Assembly (NCBI GenBank): GCA_964291675.2
Contig: OZ219866.1
Coordinates: 2,976,001 to 3,040,000, forward strand
DNA: 64,000 nt
Direction: 5' to 3'
Origin: Alphaproteobacteria bacterium
Lineage (GTDB): Bacteria > Pseudomonadota > Alphaproteobacteria > MPNO01
Shown: positions 20,062 to 28,609 of the stretch, one piece after another
Position numbering within the stretch: position 1 is the stretch's first letter
Layout: the number at the start of each line of letters is the position of its first letter
Position numbers and translations under genes: made by a program
The notes under the pieces: model-generated
Told to the model about the DNA's origin: nothing
The model's input: the letters and a program-made list of their open reading frames with translations, nothing else
Databases searched by the model: none

Positions 20062-20435
20062 TGCGCCTCGTCGACAGCTCGGCCTGGATCGAGTGGCTGA
20101 TCGGCTCGCCCGTGGGAGAGGCCGTTGCGGAGCGCCTTCCGGAACAGCCTGCCTGGCTGGTTCCGACCATCGTCCAGCTCGAGCTCGCGAAGTGGCTCAC
20201 CCGGGAGCGTGGCGAGGACGAGGCCGATCGGGCGATCGCCTTCACCCAGGTCTGCAGCGTCGCCCCCCTGGACACGGAGATCGCTCTCGCCGCCGCCGAG
20301 GCCTGCCGTACGCACGGCCTCGCAACCGCGGACGCCATCGTCTTCGCCACCGCCCGTGCGCATGAGGCCGACCTGCTGACCTGCGATCGCCACTTCGAAG
20401 GCCTCCCCGGCACGATCCTCATCCCCAAGACCTGA
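20061..20435 (+). CDS. vapC: PIN-domain toxin
   Basis: LVDSSAWIE, VPTIVQLE, LATADAIVFATA, LLTCD; TGATG coupling. Confidence 0.9.
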   Translation: MRLVDSSAWIEWLIGSPVGEAVAERLPEQPAWLVPTIVQLELAKWLTRERGEDEADRAIAFTQVCSVAPLDTEIALAAAEACRTHGLATADAIVFATARAHEADLLTCDRHFEGLPGTILIPKT

Positions 20436-20517
20436 GCCGGCGCCATTTTCCCCTCCGGGCGGCGCGTCGCTTCGGGCGGGGCGGAGAACGCCGGCGAGGC
20501 CCGCCCCGCCATCCCCG

Positions 20518-20733
20518 CCCCGTCATGGCCGGCCCCCGGATCGAGTCCGGGGGCGATCCGGCCATCCATGCCGCCTCGCGGCCCGCGAGGCGGTGGGTCG
20601 GGAGGGGCGGCGGCGCCAGTGGGTGCCCGGATCAGCCCCCTTCGTCATGGCCGGACTTGATCCGGCCATCCACGCGGCCTCTCCGCCCGCACGACGGTCC
20701 GACGAGAGGGGCGGCGGCGCCAGTGGGTGCCCG
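20518..20733. repeat. REP family 1 cluster (last unit interrupted by IS)
   Basis: CGTCATGGCCGG..GATCCGGCCATCCA units; final GTGGGTGCCCG continues at 22095. Confidence 0.85.
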
Positions 20734-20812
20734 ATGGAGTGGACGCCCCCTCCGACGGCATCTGTGTGCCAAAGTGGCGGTGTCATCAACCCACTTGGAG
20801 GAGGGAGCATCC

Positions 20813-21844
20813 ATGGCCGAGGTTAGCATGATCGGGATCGATCTTTCGAAGCGGAGTTTTCAGCTGCACGGGATGTGCGCGGACGGCTCGGTGGGTTTCC
20901 GCCGGACGCTGAGCCGCGGCAGGCTGCTCGCCTTTGTGGCGCGTCAGCCGCGCTGCGTGGTGGCGATGGAGGCGTGCGGGGGTGCGCATCACTGGGGTCG
21001 CGAGATCCTCGATCTGGGCCATGAGGTGCGGCTGGTGCCGCCGGTCTATGTGAAGCCCTTCGTGAAGCGCCAGAAGAACGATGCGGCGGATGCGGCGGCG
21101 ATCTGCGAGGCGGCGTCGCGGCCGACCATGAGCCTGGTTGCGGTGAAGACGGCCGAGCAGCAGAGCCGCGGCATGCTGTTCCGGGTGCGCGATCTCCTGG
21201 TGCGCCAGCGCACCCAGGCGCTCGACGCGCTGCGCGGCCATCTGGCGGAGTTCGGGCTGGTGGCGCCGAAGGGTCCGGCGAGTGTCGGCAAGCTCGCGGT
21301 GGCGCTGGAGGCTGCGCGGGCCGGTCTGCCGGACCGGGTGGGCGAGCTCGCCGGGGTGCTGCTGGAGCAGATCGCCGGGCTGGACGAACAGGTCGCCGAG
21401 CTCGACAAGGAGCTGCGCGCCGAGGCGCGGCGGGATGCGGATGCGCGCCGGCTGATGACCATACCGGGGGTCGGGCCGGTCACCGCGATGGCGATCCAGG
21501 CCTTCGCGCCGCCGCTCGACGGGTTCCGCCGCGGGCGCGACTTCTCGGCCTGGCTCGGGCTGGTGCCGCGCCAGCACACGACGGCCGGCAAGCCGCGGCT
21601 GGGCAGGATATCGAAGATGGGCCAGCGCGATCTCAGGCGGCTCTTGGTGCTCGGCGCCATGTCGGTGGTCCGCAGCGCCGGGCGCCACGACACGGTGCGC
21701 GACCCGTGGCTGGCCGGGATGCTGGCCACCAGGAAGCCGAAGAAGCTGATCGCCGTGGCGCTGGCCAACCGCACCGCGCGCATCGCCTGGGCGATGACCA
21801 CGAGACAGCAGAGCTACCGGGCGCCCGCGCCGAACACCGCCTGA
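20813..21844 (+). CDS. IS110/IS1111 recombinase (DEDD)
   Basis: GIDLSK, VAMEACG, KNDAADA, TIPGVGP, AWLGLVP, VALANR. Confidence 0.95.
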   Translation: MAEVSMIGIDLSKRSFQLHGMCADGSVGFRRTLSRGRLLAFVARQPRCVVAMEACGGAHHWGREILDLGHEVRLVPPVYVKPFVKRQKNDAADAAAICEAASRPTMSLVAVKTAEQQSRGMLFRVRDLLVRQRTQALDALRGHLAEFGLVAPKGPASVGKLAVALEAARAGLPDRVGELAGVLLEQIAGLDEQVAELDKELRAEARRDADARRLMTIPGVGPVTAMAIQAFAPPLDGFRRGRDFSAWLGLVPRQHTTAGKPRLGRISKMGQRDLRRLLVLGAMSVVRSAGRHDTVRDPWLAGMLATRKPKKLIAVALANRTARIAWAMTTRQQSYRAPAPNTA

Positions 21845-22075
21845 GCGCGGCGGATGCGGGCCGCCGTCGGCAGTGCGGGCGAGGTCTGAGGACGGGTAAG
21901 GACAAACGGTCGATGAGACGGGATCGGGAAAACCAGTTTGATCCGGCGCGCCGAAGAGCACGCGTGCCCGTATGCCATACAGGCCCGCGGCGCCGCATAG
22001 GCCGCAAGCAGAGGCCGCATAGACGACAGCACCTGACCGCACTGTCCGAACCGTTCGAAAAAAAACCTTGCACCG
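21845..22075 (+). ncRNA. Putative bridge/seek RNA of the IS1111 element
   Basis: Long 3' non-coding end containing TTGATCCGG, GTGCCCG and CATAGACG, which match target and donor; RNA ends unknown. Confidence 0.65.
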
Positions 22076-22094
22076 CCGGGGGCGTCCATAGACG

Positions 22095-22575
22095 GATCAA
22101 GTCCGGGCATGACGAGGGAGGGCCGGGGGCGACGGCGGCATGCGACGACGCGTCGCGCGTGTCGCGATCCGTGTCCCGATCCGGCGGATGGGCCGGAAAT
22201 TCGCGCGTACCGAGGCTTTGCGCCCGGTCCAGCTCATCCAAACCGGACAGCAGTGGCCTCGATCCGGGCATCCACTGGCGCCGCCGCTCCTCCCGACGGG
22301 GCGTTGTACCGGTGGCGCCAGTGGTTGCGCGGATCAAGTCCGCGCATGGGTGGCCGGATCAAGTCCGGCCATGACGGGGTGGGGGTGGCGGTGGAGGAGT
22401 ACGGGAGCCGGGGGCGGACCGCCCCACCCGTGGGTGCCCGGAACGAGGCCGGGGTGACAACGGAGGGGCAGGGACGGCAAGTGCGGGCGTGCGGCGATCC
22501 GTGTCCCGATCCGGCGGATGCGCCGATATCCCGCCCGGATCAAGGCTTTGCGCCCGGTCCAGCTCATATAAACCG
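22095..22575. repeat. REP family 1 cluster plus two copies of a ~80-95 bp non-REP module
   Basis: GCGATCCGTGTCCCGATCCGGCGGATG..GGCTTTGCGCCCGGTCCAGCTCAT..AAACCG at ~22164-22246 and ~22494-22575. Confidence 0.8.
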
Positions 22576-22659
22576 TCATGGTCTCGGCGGTGCTGAGCCA
22601 CCCCGTGGCATGAAACTCGGGGCGTTCGGCTGAGGGTTTGCCGATCGTCGCGCGGGTCT

Positions 22660-22870
22660 GCCGTGGCAGGATGGGAATGGTGGAGGCGGCGACGCGTGAG
22701 CGTTCCGTTTATCGGTGATGTGGTTCCCGAGATATAAACTGCTTCCGGCGGTCGGCTCCGCACCCCGTACTGTGCCCGGCCCGCGGCCGTGGACGCGCGG
22801 CAAATCGAACCGCACCCGCTCGACGGGTGCGTGTCCTTCCGACCGCTGTCCCCGCCTCCACCGTGGCGAT
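22660..22870 (+). ncRNA. Putative bridge RNA of the second IS110
   Basis: 5' non-coding end containing ATATAAAC (target-left), CGGCAAA (donor-left) and GACGG (donor-right, reverse complement); bracketed by GGTGGAGGCGG/CCGCCTCCACC stem. Confidence 0.6.
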
Positions 22871-22923
22871 GCCACGGCGCGATCCTACGCCGCCGTGGCG
22901 AGAGCGCAACGAGGAGGACAGCG

Positions 22924-24174
22924 ATGAAGACGGAAGGCTTGCACGTCGTGCGGCCGCGCGCGGCGGGTCTGGACGTGCACAAGATGGAGATCACCGCGAC
23001 GGTTCGCCTGTGCGAGGGCGAGGGCGAGCCGGTGGTGGAGACGCGCTGCTTCAGCTCGCTTCCGAGCGGTCTGGCGGAGATGGTCGCCTGGCTGACCGGT
23101 CGCCGCGTCGAGGCCGCTGTCATGGAAGGGACCGGGATCTACTGGCAGGCGCCCTTCGCGGCGGTGGAGGCGGCGGGGATCGAAGCGATCCTGGTGCACG
23201 CGCGTCAGGTCAAGCAGTTGAAGGGGCGCAAGACCGATGTCGCCGACAGCGTGTGGCTGGCCTGCGTGTGCCAGTTCGGGCTCTGCACGCCTTCCCATGT
23301 TCCCCCCGAGCCGTTCCGGGAGCTGCGCTCGCTGAGCCGCCAGCGGCGTACCCTGGTCAGGCAGCGCTCGACCGTGCGCAACCGGGTGCAGAAGATCGTC
23401 GACCGCGCCGGCCTGCGCATCGGCGGCATCCTCTCCGACGTCTTCGGCGTCAACGGCCGCAAGATCCTCGACGGGCTGGCGCAAGCCACGCCGCGCGCGG
23501 TCATCCTCGCCTCGCTCACCGGCCACGTCGCCAACAAGCTGGAGGGGCTCGGCGAGGCGCTCTCCCTGAGCCTGGGCGACAACGACCGCTTCATGCTCGG
23601 CGATCTGCTGGACGAGCATGACGCGCTCGAGGCGCGCATCGCGTCCTACGGCGAGAAGATCGACCGGCAGATGACGCCGTGGCAGGAACAGCTCCGCCTG
23701 CTGACCACCATCCCCGGCATCGACCGCATCGCCGCCTCGACCATCCTGATCGAGATCGGCCCGGATATCGAGGCGTTCGCCTCCAAGCAGCACTTCGCCG
23801 CCTGGGCCGGGCTCTGCCCCGGCAACAACGAAAGCGGCGGAAAGCGCCGCAACGCGCGCACCCGAAGGGGCTCCAAGACGCTGCGCGCCAGCCTCGTCGA
23901 ATGTGCCCACGGCGCGGCCCGAACCAAGGGGTGCCAGTTCGAGGCCCACCACCGCGCGCTCGCCGCCCGGCGCGGATACAAGCGCGCCATCGTGGCCGGC
24001 GCACACAAGATGCTGCGCATCGTTTATGTCGTGCTCAAGACCGGCAGGCCCTACTACGACCGCACCGCCGACTACGACGCGCTGATGGTCAAGCGCAACG
24101 CCCCGCGCTGGATCCGAATGCTCCGCCGCTACGGCTACATCCAACCCCGGCGCGCCGAACCCAAGGCCACCTGA
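22924..24174 (+). CDS. IS110 recombinase (DEDD)
   Basis: GLDVHK, VMEGTGIYW, KTDVADS, TIPGI, AGLCPGNNESGGK. Confidence 0.95.
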   Translation: MKTEGLHVVRPRAAGLDVHKMEITATVRLCEGEGEPVVETRCFSSLPSGLAEMVAWLTGRRVEAAVMEGTGIYWQAPFAAVEAAGIEAILVHARQVKQLKGRKTDVADSVWLACVCQFGLCTPSHVPPEPFRELRSLSRQRRTLVRQRSTVRNRVQKIVDRAGLRIGGILSDVFGVNGRKILDGLAQATPRAVILASLTGHVANKLEGLGEALSLSLGDNDRFMLGDLLDEHDALEARIASYGEKIDRQMTPWQEQLRLLTTIPGIDRIAASTILIEIGPDIEAFASKQHFAAWAGLCPGNNESGGKRRNARTRRGSKTLRASLVECAHGAARTKGCQFEAHHRALAARRGYKRAIVAGAHKMLRIVYVVLKTGRPYYDRTADYDALMVKRNAPRWIRMLRRYGYIQPRRAEPKAT

Positions 24175-24525
24175 CCGGCCCGCATAACGCCGGACCGCCG
24201 CGCGGGACCGCTTCGGGCCACATCGGGGAAGTCCACCGCTCGTCTCCGCCGCCCCCTTCCGGCGATCTCAGCCAACTCCCTCCCGGCGTTGGATGGGGCC
24301 CTCGCGCGCCCCCACCGAAACTGTTTCACGGCAAACCGGACAGCAGTGGACTCGATCCGGGCATCCATGCCGCCTCGCGGCCCGCGAGGCGGTGGGTCGG
24401 GAGCGCTGCCGGCGACCCCACGGCGGTTTCGTCGTCGCCGCGCGACGGCGTCTTATTAAACTTTTGCCCTGTAATCCTAATAGCGCCAAGCCTAGCTACG
24501 TTTCGTTTAATTGGGGCGCCCGTCC

Positions 24526-24770
24526 ATGTACCGGGGCGAGACCGGCCGATACGAAGCGACCGTCGTGGGCGGCGAGACGGTGCGGGCCTTCGTTCCGGCC
24601 GCCCTGCCCCCGGCGCCCCCGCTCGACTATCCTTCCCGGCGGCGTCGGCGGCAATGGAGATCCTCGAAAACTCGGGCATCGCGCGCGAGTTGACGGGCAA
24701 GAAGCGCAACCGCCGGTTCGGCTATGCCCGCTATGTCGCCATCCTCGGCGAGGGAACCGAACCGCTGTGA
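24526..24770 (+). pseudogene. Fic-family protein remnant (N- and C-termini joined, core deleted)
   Basis: N-terminus GRYEATVVGGETVRAFVPAALPP; C-terminus GIARELTGKKRNRRFGYARYVAILGEGTEPL* in another frame; no Fic HPFxxGNGR. Confidence 0.75.
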
Positions 24771-24792
24771 GCGGCCGGGCGCCTTTCGCCCC

Positions 24793-25116
24793 TCAGCACC
24801 CCAGCACCCGCACATGCCCTTCCGCGCCGTAGTCGAGCAGGAGGCGGTCGCGCGTGACCAGCGTATAGCCGAACGCCCGCGCGGTGGCGGCGAGGATGCG
24901 ATCCGCCGGGTCGGCGGGCGGCGAGCCGGGCAGGGCGCAGGAGGCGATCGGCACCGAGGGCGGCATCTCGGCCAGCGCCACCCCGGGCAGCGCGCAGAAG
25001 CGCTCGAACCATGCCCCGGGCGCGAGCGACAGGGCGATCCGGCCCTGTCGCTCCAGCATGGCGAGCTCCCACGCGGTCACCGGGGAGACGGCGAGCCCCG
25101 CGCCCGGCCCCGTCAT
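24793..25116 (-). pseudogene. vapC: PIN-domain toxin, N-terminally truncated, no antitoxin
   Basis: VSPVTAWELAML, DPADRILAATAR, LVTRD; lacks the LLDT start. Confidence 0.7.
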
Positions 25117-25120
25117 CCCC

Positions 25121-25345
25121 CTACCGCAGCACCGTCTCCAGCACCGCGCCGAGCAGGCCGAGGGCGACCGAAGCCATCATGCCGTAGGCGATCAGCATCA
25201 CCGGGCGGAAGCTCTCCTTGGTGACGAACTCCTCCAGCCGGTCGTGGATCGCCCTGGTGCGCTCGTCGAGCCGGGCGAGCAGCACCCGGTCCTCGCCGTT
25301 GAACGGCCGGGCGGATGCGGTGTAGCGCTCGTCGGTGCGGTCCAT
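25121..25345 (-). CDS. Small coiled-coil + TM protein (holin/XhlA-like)
   Basis: LLARLDERT..FVTKESFRPV then one TM; last gene of the virion operon. Confidence 0.55.
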   Translation of the reverse strand: MDRTDERYTASARPFNGEDRVLLARLDERTRAIHDRLEEFVTKESFRPVMLIAYGMMASVALGLLGAVLETVLR

Positions 25346-25348
25346 GGC

Positions 25349-25735
25349 TCAGCCCCGGCGCCGGCGATACGCGGCGAGCCGGCCGGCGCGCGCCGCCTCG
25401 ACGAAGCGCTCGATCGCCGCCAGGGCCGAGCGCGGCGGACCGCCCGCGGCGGCGGGCGGCGGGAGCGCCGGGAACGGCACCCGGGGCGGCGGGGAGGCGG
25501 GCATCGGCGGCGCCGGCCGGCCGGGCCGCGGCATCGCCGCGCCGCCCGCCGGCAGCCGCGGCGGCGCCGGCATCGGCGTCCGCCCCTTCACCGGCTCGGC
25601 TCCGGCGGTCAGGAAATCGGCGAGCAGGCGGAGCGCGACGGCCCGGTAGTCCGGGTCCCCGGGCGGGTGGGTCATGCGCGGCGTGCGGGCGGACGCGCTG
25701 CCGCGCCGGAAGGTGGATATCGGGTGCTTCTCCAT
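25349..25735 (-). CDS. Proline-rich hypothetical protein (possibly a decayed ejection protein)
   Basis: GGAG RBS + ATG; operon position; low complexity. Confidence 0.4.
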   Translation of the reverse strand: MEKHPISTFRRGSASARTPRMTHPPGDPDYRAVALRLLADFLTAGAEPVKGRTPMPAPPRLPAGGAAMPRPGRPAPPMPASPPPRVPFPALPPPAAAGGPPRSALAAIERFVEAARAGRLAAYRRRRG

Positions 25736-25755
25736 CTCGGTTCTCCGGTTCGGGT

Positions 25756-26865
25756 TCAGGCGGCCGCGTCGAGGCGCTCGGCCAGCGCGTCGACCCGGGC
25801 GGCGAGCCCCTTGACCGCCGACATGGTGGCGCCGATGGCGTCCATCGCGTCGATGGTCCGCCCGTCGCCGGCGAACGCGGCGGCGAAGTCCTCGGCGTAG
25901 GGGCCGATATGCGGCGTCGGGTCGCCGCGGTAGCGCCAGCGCTCGACGTCGAGGCCGCGCAGCCTGGCGAGGCTGTCCGCATGGTCCGCCGGGCGGTTGT
26001 CCGTCTTCACCGCCCGGCTGGAGGCGAACAGCGCCGCGGTGCCGAGCGCCTGGCCGAGCCCCTGGCGGAACTGGTTCCACTGCCCGAGCCGGGCGTTGTA
26101 GCGGTTGAGCCCGGCCCGCTGCGACAGCGCGTGGGCGCCGAGCACGTCGAGCGGCGCCGCCGGGGCGAAGCCGGGCAGGCCGACCGGCGCCACCTGCTGG
26201 CCGCCGAGCAGGGCGGCGAGCTCGTTGAACTGCTGCTGGCGCAGCGCCGCGCGCTCGGCGAAGCCCTGCCGGCGGGCGGCGGAGCGCCGGGCGAAGGCGC
26301 GGTCCGCCTCGGCCCCGCCCTCCGCCACCGCCGCCCAGGCCGCATCCTGGCGGGCGCGGTTGCCGGCATCGAGCAGGCGGTCGAACTCCGCGCCGCCGGC
26401 GCTGCCCTCGGCGATCGGCAGGCCGCGATTGGCGAGGCTCTGGCGCAGCCGGCGCTCCTGGCGCTCGATCTCCGGGTCGAGCAGGCCGAGCGCCCGCTGG
26501 TAGGAAGCCCGCTCGGCGCGGCCGCGCAGCGCCTCCAGCCCGGCGGCGTCGAACGCGGGCGGCAGGCCGGCGGTATCCAGCCCGCCGAATCGCAGCCCCC
26601 GCGCCCGGTCCAGCGCCTGGCCGGCGAGCGTCCGGCCGATCGCCTCCTGGCGGGCGCGGAAGTCCTGCTGGTAGGGCGTCTCGACCACCCGCGTCGCATG
26701 GCGCGACGCGCCGGGGTCGAAGACGAACTGCCCGTCATCGCCCACCGTTCCGTAGAGCAGATTGCCCTGCGGGGTGAACTGGCTGATCCGGTTGGCCGCG
26801 GCCTGGGCCTCGATCAGCTTCGCCGGGTCGGGTACGGGGGGCGGTTTGGGGGGTCGTTTTCCCAT
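25756..26865 (-). CDS. Phage ejection/DNA-pilot-like protein with C-terminal peptidase S74-like (intramolecular chaperone) domain
   Basis: MGKRPPKPPPVPDP..NRISQFTPQGNL.Y N-terminus; Q/A-rich helices; SSRAVK..VERWRY..HIGPYAEDF tail. Confidence 0.7.
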   Translation of the reverse strand: MGKRPPKPPPVPDPAKLIEAQAAANRISQFTPQGNLLYGTVGDDGQFVFDPGASRHATRVVETPYQQDFRARQEAIGRTLAGQALDRARGLRFGGLDTAGLPPAFDAAGLEALRGRAERASYQRALGLLDPEIERQERRLRQSLANRGLPIAEGSAGGAEFDRLLDAGNRARQDAAWAAVAEGGAEADRAFARRSAARRQGFAERAALRQQQFNELAALLGGQQVAPVGLPGFAPAAPLDVLGAHALSQRAGLNRYNARLGQWNQFRQGLGQALGTAALFASSRAVKTDNRPADHADSLARLRGLDVERWRYRGDPTPHIGPYAEDFAAAFAGDGRTIDAMDAIGATMSAVKGLAARVDALAERLDAAA

Positions 26866-27286
26866 GTCGGTCTCCTGTCCAGCGGCATTCGCGCCGCAGC
26901 ATCGAATAGATTGCGGCGTCCTCGCCGGTCGGCCAGGCTTCGCGGGCCATGCCCTCGTAGCGGAAGCCCAGCCGTTCGACGAAGCGCCTGGCGGTCCGGT
27001 TGCCGCGCCTGATCGTGGCCTGCACCCGGCGCGCGCCGAGCTGCTCGAACGGGTAGCGGAACGCGGCCTCGAGCACCCAGCGCCGGCACCAGCGCGGCGA
27101 GGTGCTCGCGATCGACATCTCCAGCGCGCCGGGCCGGTCGCGCCAGCCGCTATAGACGATGCCGGCGACCAGGCTTCCGTCCTCGACCACGCCGATCGCC
27201 GCGGCCGGGCCGAAATCCTCGATCCCCAGCCGGCGGCCGACCCAGCGGGCGATCTCCGCGTCGCTTCCCAGCGCGAGGCTCGGCAT
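26735..27286 (-). CDS. Phage-associated GNAT N-acetyltransferase
   Basis: AIGVVEDGSLVAGIVY, FRYPFEQLG, N..ARRFVERLGFRYEG, YSMLRRECRW; runs 130 bp into the next gene. Confidence 0.8.
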   Translation of the reverse strand: MPSLALGSDAEIARWVGRRLGIEDFGPAAAIGVVEDGSLVAGIVYSGWRDRPGALEMSIASTSPRWCRRWVLEAAFRYPFEQLGARRVQATIRRGNRTARRFVERLGFRYEGMAREAWPTGEDAAIYSMLRRECRWTGDRHGKTTPQTAPRTRPGEADRGPGRGQPDQPVHPAGQSALRNGGR

Positions 27287-27382
27287 GGCGTGTTTCCCGT
27301 GTTGGTTCGATTTTCGACGCGCGCCGCCCGCGCGGCCTCTCCGCTTGCGAGGCGGACGGCAGGGAGGCGCGCACTCCCCGCC

Positions 27383-27660
27383 CCGTCATGGCCGGACTTG
27401 ATCCGGCCACCCATGCGCGGACTTGATCCGCGCAACCACTGGCGCCACCGGTACAACGCCCCGTCGGAAGGAGCGGCGGCGGCAGTGGGTGGCCGGATCA
27501 AGTCCGGCCATGGGTGCCCGGATCAAGTCCGGGCATGACGAGGGCAGCATGACGAGGGGCGTGTTGGCGCTCCCCCACCACGTCATGGCCGGACTTGTTC
27601 CGGCCATCCAGGCGGCCTCTCCGCTTGCGAGGCGGCGGGTCGGAGGGCCGTATCGAAAAC
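27383..27660. repeat. REP family 1 composite cluster inside virion operon
   Basis: Same ~110-bp composite as 15983-16110. Confidence 0.85.
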
Positions 27661-27664
27661 CGGG

Positions 27665-28609
27665 CTACGTCTTGACGATCCAGTTCAGCACCACGGTCGG
27701 CTGCACGTTGTTGTGCGCCCGGCCGCTGCCCACGCGGCCGGTGTAGCCGCGGATGGCGTGGCTGTGCGATCCGCCCGATGCGGTGCTCTGCGTGCCGGAC
27801 GCGTTGTTGTTGCCCCAGCTCAGCCTGGAGTAGTTGCCGCTGGTGTGGAACGCGCCGGTGTTTATCGAGTGGTTGTGGCTGCCGGCGGACGCCGTGGCGA
27901 GGGTGCCCCGCGCGTGCGAATGCGACGGCATCTGGGACGAGCCGAGGGTATGCGTCTCCGCGCCGCCGGCCGCGCCGAGCGTGTCGCCGTCGACGCCGCC
28001 CGACTGGCCGGTCAGCCGGTTCGCCGCGCTGCCGCCCATGTCGTCCTTGCCGGCGACGGCGCGGCCGCGCAGATCGGGCAGGTTGAAGCTGGTCGAGCCG
28101 TCGCCCGCGCCGTGGGTCGTGCCGATCGCCGCGAACAGGGCGGGGTAATCGTCGCGCGACACCGCCTGGCCGTAGCACAGCAGCCAGCCGGCCGGCGCGG
28201 CGGCGCCGGCGAAGGGCGCCAGCATCCCGGCCGGCAGGGCCGACGGGGCCGACAGCCCGGCGACGGTGGCGCCGTCCTCGACGGCGAGCGAGGCGCCGCT
28301 CTCCAGCCTCAGCGTCGAGCCCGACAGAATTTCCAGCGCGTCCGCGCGGAAGCGGAAATCCACCGCGCCGGCGAGCTTCACGTCGATCCGGTCGTCCTCG
28401 GCGGCGGCGATCGAGGTGTCGCCGTCGCCGTCGAGCACCAGCTCGTGCCCGGCGAGCGAGACCCGGTCGGTGGCGAGCAGGAGCGCGCTCGGCGTGCCCT
28501 CGCCGTCCTCGACCGGGCGCGGCACGCCGTCGATCCCGCGGTTCGCGTTGGAGACCTGCAGCAGGTCCTTGTAGGTGTCCTTGGGCTTCTTGCCCGTCAA
28601 TGCGGTCAT
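27665..28609 (-). CDS. Tail fibre protein with tail-collar domain
   Basis: PAGMLAPFAG..APAGWLLCYGQAVSR..LFAAIGTTHGAGDGSTSFNLPDLRGR; HSH repeats; HNNVQPTVVLNWIVKT. Confidence 0.88.
   Translation of the reverse strand: MTALTGKKPKDTYKDLLQVSNANRGIDGVPRPVEDGEGTPSALLLATDRVSLAGHELVLDGDGDTSIAAAEDDRIDVKLAGAVDFRFRADALEILSGSTLRLESGASLAVEDGATVAGLSAPSALPAGMLAPFAGAAAPAGWLLCYGQAVSRDDYPALFAAIGTTHGAGDGSTSFNLPDLRGRAVAGKDDMGGSAANRLTGQSGGVDGDTLGAAGGAETHTLGSSQMPSHSHARGTLATASAGSHNHSINTGAFHTSGNYSRLSWGNNNASGTQSTASGGSHSHAIRGYTGRVGSGRAHNNVQPTVVLNWIVKT

Larger units (their letters stand above)
20734..22094 (+). mobile_element. IS110 family, IS1111 group element inserted in a REP
   Basis: Subterminal IRs TGGACGCCCCC (20740-20750) / GGGGGCGTCCA (22078-22088); CG core on both sides; flanks rejoin to REP GTGCCCGGATCAAGTCCGGGCATGACG. 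Confidence 0.9.
22574..24336 (+). mobile_element. IS110 family (IS110 group) element
   Basis: AAACCG shared at both junctions (22570-22575, 24333-24338); flanks rejoin to CTCAT..AAACCGGACAGCAGTGG as in the empty copy at ~22233-22256; no terminal IRs. Confidence 0.85.

Noticed and set aside
20734-24336. Composite transposon formed by the two IS110 elements
   Set aside because: They belong to different subgroups with different cores and each has its own reconstructable target; only repeats lie between them
27665-28609. Diversity-generating retroelement acting on the tail fibre
   Set aside because: No reverse transcriptase and no template/variable repeat pair in the window
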